DNA of 35,186 bases from Octopus bimaculoides (GCF_001194135.2 NC_069002.1:33051407-33086592), one strand, 5' to 3'. Shown: positions 1 through 11,620, counted from the stretch's first letter. Made by a program: numbers and translations. Notes: a model not told the origin generated them from the letters alone.

Positions 1-150
1 TATATATACAAAGTGAGTGAATTCACAAAAAGAAAACAAGAGACTTAGACAGACGGTGTAGACAACAAACAGATAACGCTCAGGAAATGAAAAAAGTCTT
101 TAACGTTTCGAGGGTTCGCTCCTCCACAAAAAAGAACACAGACAGAAAAT
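1..150 (-). mobile_element. Putative Penelope-like-element-derived terminal fragment with hammerhead-like vestige
   Basis: The minus strand of 101-127 reads GTGGAG-GAG-cgaacc-CTC-GAAAC-GTTA, matching a stem II + GAAAC-GUH layout. The catalytic core is degenerate. Confidence 0.35.
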
Positions 151-153
151 ATT

Positions 154-532
154 TACAGGGTGCGATGGGTCAGTTGTCGCCACTTTATATTTTTTATTTC
201 ATACATGCGCATTCTTCTGTTTTTGATTTGGTTGACCACACAGTATAATAACGTCAGTTGGGCACCGTCTGTGAGAAAGACAGCAACATCACGCAATTGG
301 CGCTGCCATACATTTGGAAACGACTCGCTATTAGACTTCGCATTCACGCCGAAAGTTTCAATATGAACATTTCAGAGTGATTGTGTAACACTCTGAAAAC
401 AGTGCACATGATTCGGAAAGAGTTGGATGAGTGATTACGAAGGTACGCCATATTGGGAAATTCGCTCTGACCGTTGTGATGAGAAGAGAAATCGCAAATT
501 TATTGGTAAGATCGAGGCCATGATTGACAACG
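154..532 (+). mobile_element. 5' fragment of a Tc1/mariner-superfamily transposon (maT/DD37D-like by recollection), decayed
   Basis: Begins TA|CAGGGTG at 154, a typical Tc1/mariner terminus. From 312 the + frame reads IWKRLAIRLRIHAESFNMNISE*LCNTLKTVHMIRKELDE, then after an indel DYEGT..SDRCDEKRNRKFIGKIEAMIDN. This resembles a transposase N-terminal HTH region. It contains a stop and indels, and no 3' end is present. The subfamily call is from memory. Confidence 0.65.
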
Positions 533-1310
533 GCAAGTTTTTCGTGTCAGTAGGTTGCGCCATTCACCTGCAGTGACACGTTGAGTACAGACGTGATGAG
601 TGTGCTATGTGCCTCTCCTTTTTGAGTCATGGTGACCGAGTGCATTGTGCAAAGATACTGTATCAAATTCTGTCAAAAACTTGGTGATACGAAAGCCCAG
701 ACTATCAAGAAAATTCAGAAGGCCTTTCAAGATGATGCGACGGGAAAACCACAAATAAAGGAGTGTTACAACCGGTTTAAAGATGGCCACGCTTCAGTGG
801 ACAGTGAGCAATATTAAGGGGATGATGACATGTTTTTTTTTTATCTTTTACTGCCGAGGTATTGTGCACCATTAATATGCACGGCAATGTCAGACAATTA
901 ACAAAGAATACTACCTGCGGGCAGCAAAGAACTCCTAAATCCATCATGACAACGTACCCGCTAATTCCGCCCACGTCGTCCATGCATTCCTCGTCAAGCA
1001 AAGCAGATGACTTGTTCATCGCGTTTCCTACTCCCTAGATTTGGCTCCGTGTGACTTTTGGCTATTCCCAAAGCTAAAATAAAAAGTAAGAAAACACTCA
1101 AAAGGAGAATATTTGAGTCAAAAGAAGATATTAATCAAAAATCGACGGCCCAGCTCTACAGCACCCCAATATATGATTTCTAGAAATGTTTCCAACAGTG
1201 ATAGGAGCGCTGGTAGAAGTGTGTAGACTCCGAAGGTGAAAAATTTGAAGGAGACTATTTTTCATATTGTTTCTGGCTAAAGGTCGGATACTTTTTGACT
1301 ACACCTCGTA
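533..1310 (+). mobile_element. Internally deleted mariner (DD34D) transposon relic with right TIR
   Basis: Carries transposase remnants (next entry). It ends in GGTCGGATACTTTTTGACTACACCTCG|TA (1282-1310), a mariner-type right TIR plus TA target. No matching left TIR was found. Confidence 0.88.
629..1259 (+). pseudogene. Mariner transposase pseudogene
   Basis: 629-817 reads MVTECIVQRYCIKFCQKLGDTKAQTIKKIQKAFQDDATGKPQIKECYNRFKDGHASVDSE (HTH). After a large deletion come FYCRGIVHH*YARQCQTINKEYYL, HHDNVPANSAH, YSLDLAPCDFWLFPKLK (YSPDLAPxD motif) and KCFQQ**ERW*KCVDSEGEKFEGDY. Multiple stops and frameshifts. Confidence 0.9.
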
Positions 1311-2354
1311 CAGATACTGCGGCGGTGGAGAGAATAAAACGCACATATATAAGCATTTGGGTGGTGTTGTGAGTGTTGTTAAAATAGTAGCAGTGCAATT
1401 GTTTAGTGTTTAATGCTTCGGTACATCTTGTTACATAACCAGATAAACGAATTGTAAACTTGTGCTCTTCCATTGAACAGAGGAGTGTAAATATTAGAGT
1501 ATATAGTGAAAGTTCACTTTGGAACCATGGGTGCGAATAAAAAGCGAGAACTAATCGTGGATTAACGTTATCAGTGTAGGTAGTTGAAACGCTTCGCAAG
1601 AGATTAGTGTTTGTGCCTACAATTCGACATTTTCTCCAAACGTGCTTTTAATGTCAGAGGTGTGGTGAGTACGAAATAGCAAAATGTGCTTTCTTTTTCT
1701 CAGATATGAAGATTTGCGGAATTTAGAAGCAGTAGGGAATAATTATTCCTTCTCATGATGTTCCAGATAATGGAATGTAGTCTTTGAATGATTTTTAAAT
1801 ACATTACGTCGTTAGAAATTACAGTATTAGATCACATGCTGAGATTTTGGAATGTGTATAGATGCTCCTTATGACAAGATCTGAACACTAAAAAAAATTT
1901 GTATTCCTACAATGAATTTAGTTAATATAAAGTTACACCTTGGAACAGCTGTAGAACTTACATAAAACATTTAGAATAATCTGTGAAATCTTTGCGGTTT
2001 GTAATACTCTAAACATTACCTTATATAAAAGAAATATCAAATGCAAAAGCCTGGTGTATAAACATATGTAAACAGTGATTAATGCATTTCGTTAATATAA
2101 AACTACTACCAGAAAGTAAATGAAGATTACCAGATTTACTTAGTCACACCTACACAGAAATCTAAGTGAATGTGTTATTTTCTATTTGTAAAGAATATTC
2201 CAGAAGACAGAAACTGTATTCACTATTCATTCCAATGATCTTTATGTGACACAAAAACATACAGACACACATGAGCATTAATTGGAGATGTACGTCTACA
2301 TACATATATACTTACAAACATATATACTTACATAGATACGTACAAACGCACACA

Positions 2355-2356
2355 CT

Positions 2357-2395
<39 letters not shown>

Positions 2396-2466
2396 ACGTA
2401 TGTATATATATACATGCATATGTATCTATCTATCTATCTATCTATCAACATATATACATATTATAT

Positions 2467-2499
<33 letters not shown>

Positions 2500-2690
2500 N
2501 NNNNNNNNNNNNNNNNNNNNNNNNNNNNNNNNNNNNNNNNNNNNNNNNNNNNNNNNNNNNNNNNNNNNNNNNNNNNNNNNNNNNNNNNNNNNNNNNNNNN
2601 NNNNNNNNNNNNNNNNNNNNNNNNNNNNNNNNNNNNNNNNNNNNNNNNNNNNNNNNNNNNNNNNNNNNNNNNNNNNNNNNNNNNNTATAT
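2355..2690. repeat. (TA)n/(TATC)n microsatellite with assembly gap 2500-2685
   Basis: Direct sequence. Confidence 0.95.
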
Positions 2691-3086
2691 ATAAAACTAA
2701 ACAGAGAAAGAAAAAGAGAAAGATGTGTATTTAGGTGTGCGTCTTTTGTATTTACATATGTGGTGTCTATTCATTCTTCAATATAACCAACCATAAGAAG
2801 TTAACATTATCTGCTGCTAGCCTCAAGGCGAGAAGATCTTTCAAAATGACACGAAAATTCTGTATTTCTGTACAGTGCTTACAACTTAGCTAACGATACG
2901 ATTTGAATTATTTCAGAGCACAGCAGACGATAATGAGTTCTCTCTATTATACAACAAAAACAACAACAACAACAACAACAAGAGTAATCGTAGAAATCCT
3001 AAAATATTATGGATTCTTCATATCATATGCTCTTTTAATTCAACAGAATAATTCTTAAATATCAATGGCTTCAACTTATAATTATA

Positions 3087-3190
<104 letters not shown>

Positions 3191-3364
3191 TTACTATTCC
3201 AGCGATTGGGTGTTGTAGTATTATACGTGGCGCTAGTGTTATAGTAGTTTATTAGAACTTGTAAGACGTGAGTGAGTCGAAACCTTGTTTGATAGGTTGC
3301 AAGGAATTACATTTATATCTCATGAACTAATTTACATTCAAATACTATATTGAAGGAATGTAAT

Positions 3365-3752
3365 CTATATATATNNNNNNNNNNNNNNNNNNNNNNNNNN
3401 NNNNNNNNNNNNNNNNNNNNNNNNNNNNNNNNNNNNNNNNNNNNNNNNNNNNNNNNNNNNNNNNNNNNNNNNNNNNNNNNNNNNNNNNNNNNNNNNNNNN
3501 NNNNNNNNNNNNNNNNNNNNNNNNNNNNNNNNNNNNNNNNNNNNNNNNNNNNNNNNNNNNNNNNNNNNNNNNNNNNNNNNNNNNNNNNNNNNNNNNNNNN
3601 NNNNNNNNNNNNNNNNNNNNNNNNNNNNNNNNNNNNNNNNNNNNNNNNNNNNNNNNNNNNNNNNNNNNNNNNNNNNNNNNNNNNNNNNNNNNNNNNNNNN
3701 NNNNNNNNNNNNNNNNNNNNNNNNNNNNNNNNNNNNNTATATATATATATAT
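3365..3752. other. Assembly gap 3375-3737 flanked by (AT)n
   Basis: N-run. Confidence 0.98.
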
Positions 3753-4099
3753 CATTCAACAGTAGTAATTGAATAATATTCTTAAGGCTGCAATTTACAT
3801 GGATGTAATGCGAGCAAGAGAATTATTATTCTTAACATTACAAACGTGGAAAATTACAGGACAAGTTATTACACTTGGAAAAGTTTAGGACAACTTATTA
3901 CATCTGAAGTACAGAAGAAGGAATTTTTTTCTGAAAATATTGCTGCTAAGGATAAAATTTGGATATTAAAATTTATCTGATTTTAATTTGTAAAGTAATA
4001 TTATAATTAAAAAAGGTAACATCATTTTGTTAAAATATTGACACAGTAGAATACTTAAAAATCGAAAGCCAGCAGTACCAATATAGCTAAAGTTGTTGC

Positions 4100-4525
4100 T
4101 GATTTTGATATTGATGCTGCTGCTGCTGATGACGATGATGATGATGGTGATGATGATGGTGGTGGTGGTGGTGGTGGTCGTCGTCGTCGTGTTGTTGTTG
4201 TTGGTGGTGGTGATGACGTTGATCACGATCACGATGATGATGATGATGGTGGTGGCGGTGGTGCTGCCGATGAGGTTGATGACGATGATTATGACGATGA
4301 TTATGACGATGATGAGGTTAGTGATGATGGTGGTGGAGGCGGTGGTGATGATTAGGATTATGATAATTATGATGATTATGATGATGATCGCAGAGGTGGA
4401 GATAATGAACATGATGATGACAATGATGATGATGGTGGTGATAATGATGATGGTGGTGATAATGATGATTATGGTAAAGAAGTTGATGATGTGAGTGTAG
4501 TTGGTGTTGTTGCTGCTGCTACTAT
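4100..4525. repeat. Compound trinucleotide microsatellite (GAT/GGT/GTT/GCT)n
   Basis: About 420 bp of in-phase NNT triplets. It explains the poly-I/T and poly-M/V ORFs. Confidence 0.95.
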
Positions 4526-4999
4526 TGACGTATCGCTGCAAACAGCATCGCCCAAGCATAGGATGCTCAGTTCCTGCAGAATCATTTTTTGTATCAATGC
4601 TATTGATTTGTCAATTACTCTCATCCTGTTTAAAGTTCTTTAATTTAAGACATATATTCAGTTAGCAACGGCGTTGCCACCCATCAACGAGTTTTTTCCC
4701 CTTCGATATAAACCAAGGCATATTCAAAAGGAACATTAGCCAAAGTCAGTCAAGCATTAACAATACGAGGCACTCCCAAAATCTTAAGCATCTTTAAGTG
4801 TTTTAATGCATAAATTCAATCAACAAATATCGCGGTCAATAACAATAGGAATAGATAAAAATAATTAAACACACCCTCAAAAGCAATATATACACAAACA
4901 AACATGATTATTAAACACGTTCAATACGGCCGCCCAGTTGGATTAAGAAATATTGCGTCACAATAAATTATAACTACCTCAATATTCGCTCAATATACC

Positions 5000-5530
5000 A
5001 ACATACACGCACACATATTCACAATTACGCACCACGCACACGCACATGCATACAGATATACACACTTACAAATCGCGCTCTCGCACACAAACATATACAC
5101 ACTATATACGCCCTTATACATCGCGCGCATGCAGATACAAATACATACATACACATATATACGTCTTTACACATGAGGGACACGCACACATATTCACATA
5201 CACGTAAATATACACAGTTACATATCACGCACAAGCAAATACACGCACACATACAAATGCTTACACATGACGCAAACGCAACCCACAAACACACACGCAC
5301 CCACACACACACACATACACACTTAGAGATCACTCACACGCACATCACAAACACATGCAAACATACATATAAACATTTACACATCACGCAGACGCACACA
5401 CAAACGCACGCACACACGTATACACCCAAACACTCCCAACACATCAGGCAGAAATACACGCACACTCAAACGTACACGCACACACATACACACACACACA
5501 CACACAAATACACATACAAACACAAATATA
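5000..5530. repeat. Degenerate (CA)-rich low-complexity tract
   Basis: CACA/TACA/CGCA motifs throughout. Confidence 0.9.
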
Positions 5531-5989
5531 CAGAAATCACGTTATTCAGGAAACAAAACTCTTAAGGGATTATCGGAAAACTTCGACAAACAACCGAATT
5601 CAGAAAAACGAATACAAAACACAATGACTCCAATATGACCTTCACCAACTAATTCAACAAAATCCTACTCAAGTTCATAAAAATACAGGCAAAGAAGGGG
5701 CCTTACGATGATGGACAGTCAACAGAGACAATAAGCCGAACCAATACACAGTAGTTATGAGGAAGCCACAACAAAGCTCACAAATATGAACGATTCACCA
5801 CAACAAATTATAAACGTTCGCGTTTCAAGATAGCGACAGTGGTAAAAATCAGTCGCGCGTCGAGATAAACGTTGGGCGGACAAAATTTGTGCATTTCTGT
5901 ATATATCTGTGTGTGCTTGTTTATTTGTTTGTTTGCATGTCTGTGCATGATATATGTGTGTGTTATGTCTTGTGTGTGTTACTTGAAGC

Positions 5990-6300
5990 AGGCAATATTT
6001 CTAGAAACATTGTTATAAAAGATAACACTGATGTTAGAAATTTAAATAACCAATTGTTTCAACTTAGATCAACTTAGAAACGCTTCAACCAAAAATTGGC
6101 CCAGGCCTTGTCTAACTTAATGTCACAGCCTGATACTATCTCTTAAGTCATCTTTAACTCACGTTTTGTGGTTACAAGGCCCATTCAAGTAGGGAGATGT
6201 TCCATCTGAGATGCATCTTCGTACACGGGTTTTATCTGGCATCCCTTCAAGTTGGCATCAGGTAAAGTTGATGGGATCTTTTTTCTTCTTTGAATTGCTT
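5990..6300 (-). mobile_element. Decayed LINE (RTE-like) reverse-transcriptase C-terminal fragment
   Basis: One minus frame with few stops reads ...EIVSGCDIKLDKAWANFWLKRF*VDLS*NNWLFKFLTSVL. This resembles the post-YLG region of RTE-like RTs (DIxxRLxKAWxA...WKSNLSxxLKxxFF). Judged by eye only. Confidence 0.45.
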
Positions 6301-6584
6301 TGGAAGAAGGTTAAATAAAGTAGGGCCTGTTGAAATAGTAATTCAGTGTATATATGTTGTGAGTGTGCAGCATGTGGGCCACTGCCTCGGATGAATTAAC
6401 TATTAAGACCATTCCTTCTCATGATTATTTATTTATGTATGCTTAATTAGCAAATATCTCAATACATTTAGTAAAGATTTCGCGTAGATGAATCTATCAA
6501 TTTGAATTTGGCGGTTAAGAGATTATTTTCATACGAAATATCACGCTACAGTATAGAATATATTGCATGCGTATACTTGCACGC

Positions 6585-6613
6585 GCGCGCGCACACACAC
6601 GCACACGCACACA

Positions 6614-6688
<75 letters not shown>
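6585..6688. repeat. (CA)n microsatellite
   Basis: About 50 units. Confidence 0.97.
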
Positions 6689-6690
<2 letters not shown>

Positions 6691-6699
6691 TGAGTTTCA

Positions 6700-7089
6700 A
6701 GACAAATGTGTTCTTCCTTCAGGAAAATGTTCGGCGAAATGCAGCGAGGATGACGTTATAATGGCTAGAGCAGTTTGAATGGGAAACGATCCCCTACTCA
6801 CCATATTCGTGGGATATTGCCCCATCTGATTATCATCTATTCCGTAGTCTTCAAAATTATTAGGACTGAAAAAACTTCTGTTGAGGAGGCCAGAACAGTA
6901 CTATAAGAATATTTTCCGTCAGAGACAGGTGAATTTTGGAAGAGGAGCTTTGCAACTTTACCAGATAGATAGGAGAGCATTGTAGAAAATAAAAGAGACT
7001 ATATTTTAGATTAAAAACTAACTTCGTTTATTTTAATTTTGAAAAATAAAAGTTTTAATAAACCGCATTATTTATGGGATGGTCCAATA
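6700..7089 (+). mobile_element. 3' half of a second mariner transposon with transposase pseudogene and right TIR
   Basis: From 6708 it reads VFFLQENVRRNAARMTL*WLEQFEWETIPYSPYSWDIAPSDYHLFRSLQNY*..EYFPSETGEFWKRSFATLPDR*ESIVENKRDYILD*. It ends CCGCATTATTTATGGGATGGTCCAA|TA (7063-7089). The TIR differs from the element at 533-1310. Confidence 0.9.
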
Positions 7090-7154
7090 TATGTGCGTGT
7101 GCGTGTATGCGCCTCTGTGTGTGTGTGTACATCTAGGTGTGTATCTGTACATTG

Positions 7155-7325
7155 TTCTATACACCATTTGACAACAGATGTCGCTTTGCTTACGTACCCT
7201 ATATTAGGGAATTGACGAGATTTATCGAAACAATACGTAACAGACAAGCACTAGAGTCGATTCGTTAACTGCCGCAGCATGACTGCAATCCAATGAATGA
7301 AGCAAGTAAAAGAATTAAAAAGAAA
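7155..7325 (+). mobile_element. SINE family A, 3' tail fragment (diverged)
   Basis: Homologous to 10465-10645 and to the reverse complement of 20637-20850 (CACCA..TTGACAAC.GATG, GCAGCATG.C.GCA.TC.AATG, AAGTAAAAGAAT). Confidence 0.7.
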
Positions 7326-7449
7326 TGACACAACATAAAGATGGACGCACAGACATCCTACACGCACATATAGTTTCTTCTGTGAATGTCTGTGTGTATA
7401 AAATATTAATAAATTCTATTTAAGTAAAAGAATTTTTAAAGGAAATGAA

Positions 7450-7560
7450 ATTAAAGATGACACTACACCTGCAGTCTGCAATGACAGACTTTGGAGATCG
7501 TGATAAAATGAAATTTAATCTATTAGCTGCCATTGGAATTCCGCCTGAGAGTTCTTTGAC
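7450..7560 (+). mobile_element. Short RTE-like RT fragment
   Basis: Reads TLHLQSAMTDFGDRDKMKFNLLAAIGIPPE, resembling the RT segment xxFIDFSKAFDSxDRxKMxxILxAYGIPxE. Confidence 0.4.
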
Positions 7561-7719
7561 GTTTGGTAAGTAGTAGTTATATGCCAACATCTATCTCGTC
7601 ATTCCGTTATCCTCGTTGTACCAATTTATAGCAAAACTTTCTACTTACTTATACATTCTTACTTTCCAAAGCATCATGTCACTGAATTTTTTAAATTTAT
7701 TTATTGCACTGTTATCTAA

Positions 7720-8052
7720 GATCTGGGTTCTTCATGCGGCTAACTTTTGATGATAAACGTATGTGTGTTATATTTATTGGCTATTTCTCGTATGTCGAGC
7801 TTAAAACATATCTTAAGTTGTGCACTTTATTACCTATTTTAGACGTAATAAACGGTTAAATAGTCAAGTTCCTTTCCACTTCTTGGTATCTAGGTTTTTT
7901 TCCCTCTGGCTAACATTTGATGGTAAACGAATGTGTGCGGCTATTGTCATTTATCGAATTTAAAATACTTCTCAAGTTTAACAATTTATTGCTAGTATTA
8001 GACATAATAAACGGTTGAATAGTCAAGTTCCTTTTCACTGCGTAGCATCTCA
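7720..8052. repeat. Diverged tandem duplication, ~168-170 bp period, ~2 copies
   Basis: Shared anchors GCTAAC.TTTGATG.TAAACG, GGCTATT, TAGAC.TAATAAACGGTT.AATAGTCAAGTTCCTTT.CACT. Confidence 0.85.
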
Positions 8053-8337
8053 TTTCTGATCTCATTTCATCACCCAGTTATTTCTACGAGGAGAGTAGAG
8101 CCTCAGACATTAGACACACCTTCCATCGTGTCCTGTCAGAAGCAACCATCTCCAAATGTTCATACGGGATGCACAAGCGAGATGACAGAGCTAATGAAGC
8201 TCATGCAACCATCTTGCTCGTGGCCTACCCATGGGCCTACTGTCGGTTGGTTTTACTCGTAAAACCTGTCTAGTGATTTTTTTCTGAGGCATTATTAACG
8301 TTTGTCAGCAGTGCTACGGGTCTTTCAATTCGGAAGA

Positions 8338-8340
<3 letters not shown>

Positions 8341-8401
<61 letters not shown>
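8341..8401. repeat. (TA)n(TG)n microsatellite
   Basis: Direct sequence. Confidence 0.97.
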
Positions 8402-8725
8402 AGTCCACAACTATAGAAAACTTTGTAAGATGCAGCGAAAATTTTAGAAAAATAAATAAGTAAATGAGTTGAAATTTTAACGGTGTGTGTGTTAAATTAT
8501 AAGGAACTAAAAAAATGACTCAAGAGAATATGCTTCAACACAAACTCACATAAAGAATCTTGCAAACCAAATGCCAAAACGAAATATATATACATACAAA
8601 CATACATACATACATATATATATAATAATATTAGGGACAAAATCCCAAATTACAGGTAAAAACTCAATTAAAATCAATTTATAAAAAATTGAAATTAAAT
8701 TGAGCTTTATAGTGGATTTTCATCG

Positions 8726-8768
<43 letters not shown>

Positions 8769-8772
8769 TATA

Positions 8773-8912
8773 CACGACGAGCTTCAAACGGTTTCTTTCT
8801 TTCAAATTCGTTCGAGAGGTCCCTGTAGGCCTGGAGCTTGAATAGAAGGCACTACAGCTGCAGCGCACCATGTGATTCCGAAGCAAGTTTCTTATCACAT
8901 ACGTATCTATGC
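8773..8912 (-). mobile_element. SINE family A, 5' head/body fragment (diverged) running into (TA)n
   Basis: Minus strand reads GTGATAAGAAACTTGCTTCGGAATCACATGG...TTCTATT..AGC.CCAGGCC...TTTGAAGCTCGTCGTGTATA, homologous to 20883-21016. Confidence 0.65.
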
Positions 8913-9189
8913 ATAGGAACTTATTGAATTACATATATGCATAGAAACATTGGTGGATATAAGTATGTATCTACGTACGTACTGAAGCACGTACACGACT
9001 CGCAGATTCATTCTTCATAACTTAAAATACATTTAATTTCAAGACTAACTCTTGGCGCTTCTGAGCAGATGGATCTGTATAACGATTCCGCATATTATGG
9101 ATTCGGAGCTCCATTATGTTTCTTTAACGTGTGTGTGTCTATGTGCGCGTCTGTGGAAGCGAACATGCGCACGTATATATGAATTTATG

Positions 9190-9437
9190 CATGGGCCTCT
9201 GTGTGTGTATGTGTGTGTGTGTGTGTGTGTGAATTACGTGTGTGTGTACGTGTGTGGGTGTTGTTGCTGTGGGTGCGTGTATATGTGTGTGTGAATGCGT
9301 GTGGTGCGTACATGCGTGTGAGCGTGTCTGTGTCATTATCTGTGTTTCAGTCTATCTGTCCGACCATCTCTCTGTATACACACAAATTCTAACACATGCA
9401 CACAAGTTCACACGTACGCTCATACACAGAAACACAG

Positions 9438-9475
<38 letters not shown>

Positions 9476-9535
9476 ACACACACACGCACACACACACACA
9501 AATACACACACACATACACACAAACGCACACCAAC
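9190..9535. repeat. (TG)-rich then (CA)-rich low-complexity tracts
   Basis: Direct sequence. Confidence 0.9.
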
Positions 9536-10069
9536 AAATTAAATATACTCCAAAATTCTTAGAATCTTTCTAAACGTAGCATAGATTTTGGATAGATTTT
9601 CATCTATTTTCCTTTCATTTTACGCTAATATATTTTAATTTGTTTTTCATTTATAAAATCACTTTTCTTCAGAAATCCCATTTGGAAATAATTTCAGTTT
9701 AAACTAATATTCTATAAGGTTACGGCTTTTATTAAAACAGCGTTGTAAAGGTAGAATAAATTGTATGAAATTTTCATCGTAACGTTATTAACCCGCGGGT
9801 AATTTTACCGAACACAGTTCCTCCAAAGAGAGAAAATGAAGTGCATATAACATTGAAAAATATACATAAATAATTCTAAAACAGAAAATAGGATTTTCAT
9901 TAGTGGATATCGAAAGATTAGAGAAGACGTTAGAATATGTACATTTTAGATTGGAAATGTAAATAAGGTGAGAAAAGAATAGTACATACCTTGAGATGGT
10001 ACATATATGTATGTGTACACAAATACCCACACACGCACGCACACACATATACACACACTCGCACACATA

Positions 10070-10399
10070 TGTATATATATATATNNNNNNNNNNNNNNNN
10101 NNNNNNNNNNNNNNNNNNNNNNNNNNNNNNNNNNNNNNNNNNNNNNNNNNNNNNNNNNNNNNNNNNNNNNNNNNNNNNNNNNNNNNNNNNNNNNNNNNNN
10201 NNNNNNNNNNNNNNNNNNNNNNNNNNNNNNNNNNNNNNNNNNNNNNNNNNNNNNNNNNNNNNNNNNNNNNNNNNNNNNNNNNNNNNNNNNNNNNNNNNNN
10301 NNNNNNNNNNNNNNNNNNNNNNNNNNNNNNNNNNNNNNNNNNNNNNNNNNNNNNNNNNNNNNNNNNNNNNNNNNNNNNNNNNNNNNNNNNNNNNNNNNN

Positions 10400-10440
<41 letters not shown>
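10070..10440. other. Assembly gap 10085-10399 within (AT)n
   Basis: N-run. Confidence 0.98.
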
Positions 10441-10442
<2 letters not shown>

Positions 10443-10464
10443 TTATGTGTCTGTTTTTTTTCTC

Positions 10465-10645
10465 TACACCATCGCTTGACACTCGATGTTGGTGTGTTTA
10501 CATCCCCGTAACTTAACGGGGATGTAAACATACCAAAAGATGCTGATACAAAGAATAATTCCTGGGGTCTATGTGTTCGACTAAAGGTTGTCCTCCTGCA
10601 TGGCCGCAGTCAAATGGCCGAAAGAAATAAGAATTAAAAAAAGAG
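10465..10645 (+). mobile_element. SINE family A, 3' tail containing a 21-bp hairpin
   Basis: CACCATCGCTTGACA..GATGTTGGTGTGTTTACATCCCCGTAACTTA...CCTGGGGTC.ATGTGTTCGACTAAAGG...GCATGGCCGCAGTCAAATG, homologous to the reverse complement of 20637-20850. Confidence 0.8.
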
Positions 10646-10979
10646 CATATAATATATTGATATATTCTTGCATGAGATTCATACACGCCAATCTACTAGA
10701 AACGATTCCACTTACCATTTCTCATCATATTCGTTATTCTCTGATGTGTAATTATAAAGGAAATTACATTTCTTTTGCGCTGTCCTTGCTCTCCTAATCC
10801 CGCGAGCCTAAAGGGATATGCACGTTTTCGAAGTACCACTTTAGTATTCATAAACAAAGTGTACTTGATATATATGCCACCATGTTTTCGTTTTGAGACC
10901 TAGGCTTACACACACAACAAACAATACAAACAGTAATACAAGAAAGGACTCAAGTTAATCCCGATAACAGAAGAAACTG

Positions 10980-11425
10980 GTCCAATACAGTAGTGGGAAT
11001 CTTTTGTACTCCCACGATAAAAAAAAAGTGGCTGGGGATATGTGCATCTCTGATCATGAGCAGAAGTAGTGGCGGAGCACCACAGCCATGTGTTGAGAGG
11101 ATTAGTTTAGGGCTTAGGATAATTCACCTCTGGAAACATGGGTGTTTCGTTCAACATCCTTAAACGACACTTATTTAGGAAATTATTTAGCGCCATGGGC
11201 TACTCGACCTAAAAAATTCTAATTTGGCCCCACCTGCAACGTCATGCGCTATTTGTCGTGAAATGGGATGACCATGTTGGGAACTTATTATGTTGGGATG
11301 CATGTGCCTGGTGTACCCTTATCAGACGGGATGTCATGACGCGCATACTGGGCTTCATATATTTATAGCGGTGTCTCTTTGATGGCATGAACTACTCTCT
11401 CACTCAATAATAATAATAATAATGA
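10980..11425 (+). mobile_element. 3' end of a non-LTR-type interspersed repeat with (AAT)n tail
   Basis: A GC-richer non-coding block ending CTCTCTCACTC(AAT)n. It is recalled as a common octopus repeat. There is no second copy in the window to confirm it. Confidence 0.5.
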
Positions 11426-11620
11426 TTTAAAATTTTTGACAAAAGAGCAGTATGGGGAAGGGAATTAAGTCGGTTACATCGACCTCAGAATGCAACTAGT
11501 ACTTATTTTATCGACCCCGAATGGATGAAAGGTAAAGTCGACCTTGGCGGAATGTGTACTCAGAACACAACGACAGACGAAATACCACTAAGCATTTCAC
11601 CCGAGATGCTAACGTTTCTA
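11423..11620 (-). mobile_element. SINE family B, copy 1 (head truncated)
   Basis: Minus strand has a tRNA-like head (GTTAGCA...CTGAGT.CA.ATTCCGCC) followed by the core GTCGACTTT.CCTTTCATCC.TTCGGGGTCGATAAAATAAGTAC. The core resembles the Meta/MESC SINE domain (recalled). Confidence 0.85.

Noticed and set aside
1665-1703. GTGAGT...polypyrimidine-CAG mini-intron
   Set aside because: At only 39 nt it is too short, and the downstream frames close quickly.
3966-4559. 197-aa poly-I/T ORF and 133-aa poly-M/V ORF
   Set aside because: Produced by a stop-free trinucleotide microsatellite, with no unique domain or splice context.
5790-5885. Small CpG-rich patch with GGGCGG (promoter-like)
   Set aside because: It is under 100 bp and no linked transcript or gene is evident.
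6197-6261. Signal-peptide-like mini-exon MFHLRCIFVHGFYLASLQVGI
   Set aside because: It is antisense to a probable LINE relic and has no supporting downstream exons.
7442-7565. Open frame ending at a perfect GTAAGT donor
   Set aside because: The peptide is better explained as an RT fragment (DRDKM..LLAAIGIPPE), and no partner exons were identified.
9787-9801. TTAACCCGCGGGTAA quasi-palindrome (piggyBac-like footprint); also TTAACCC at 12699
   Set aside because: Too short, with no paired TIR or second TTAA.
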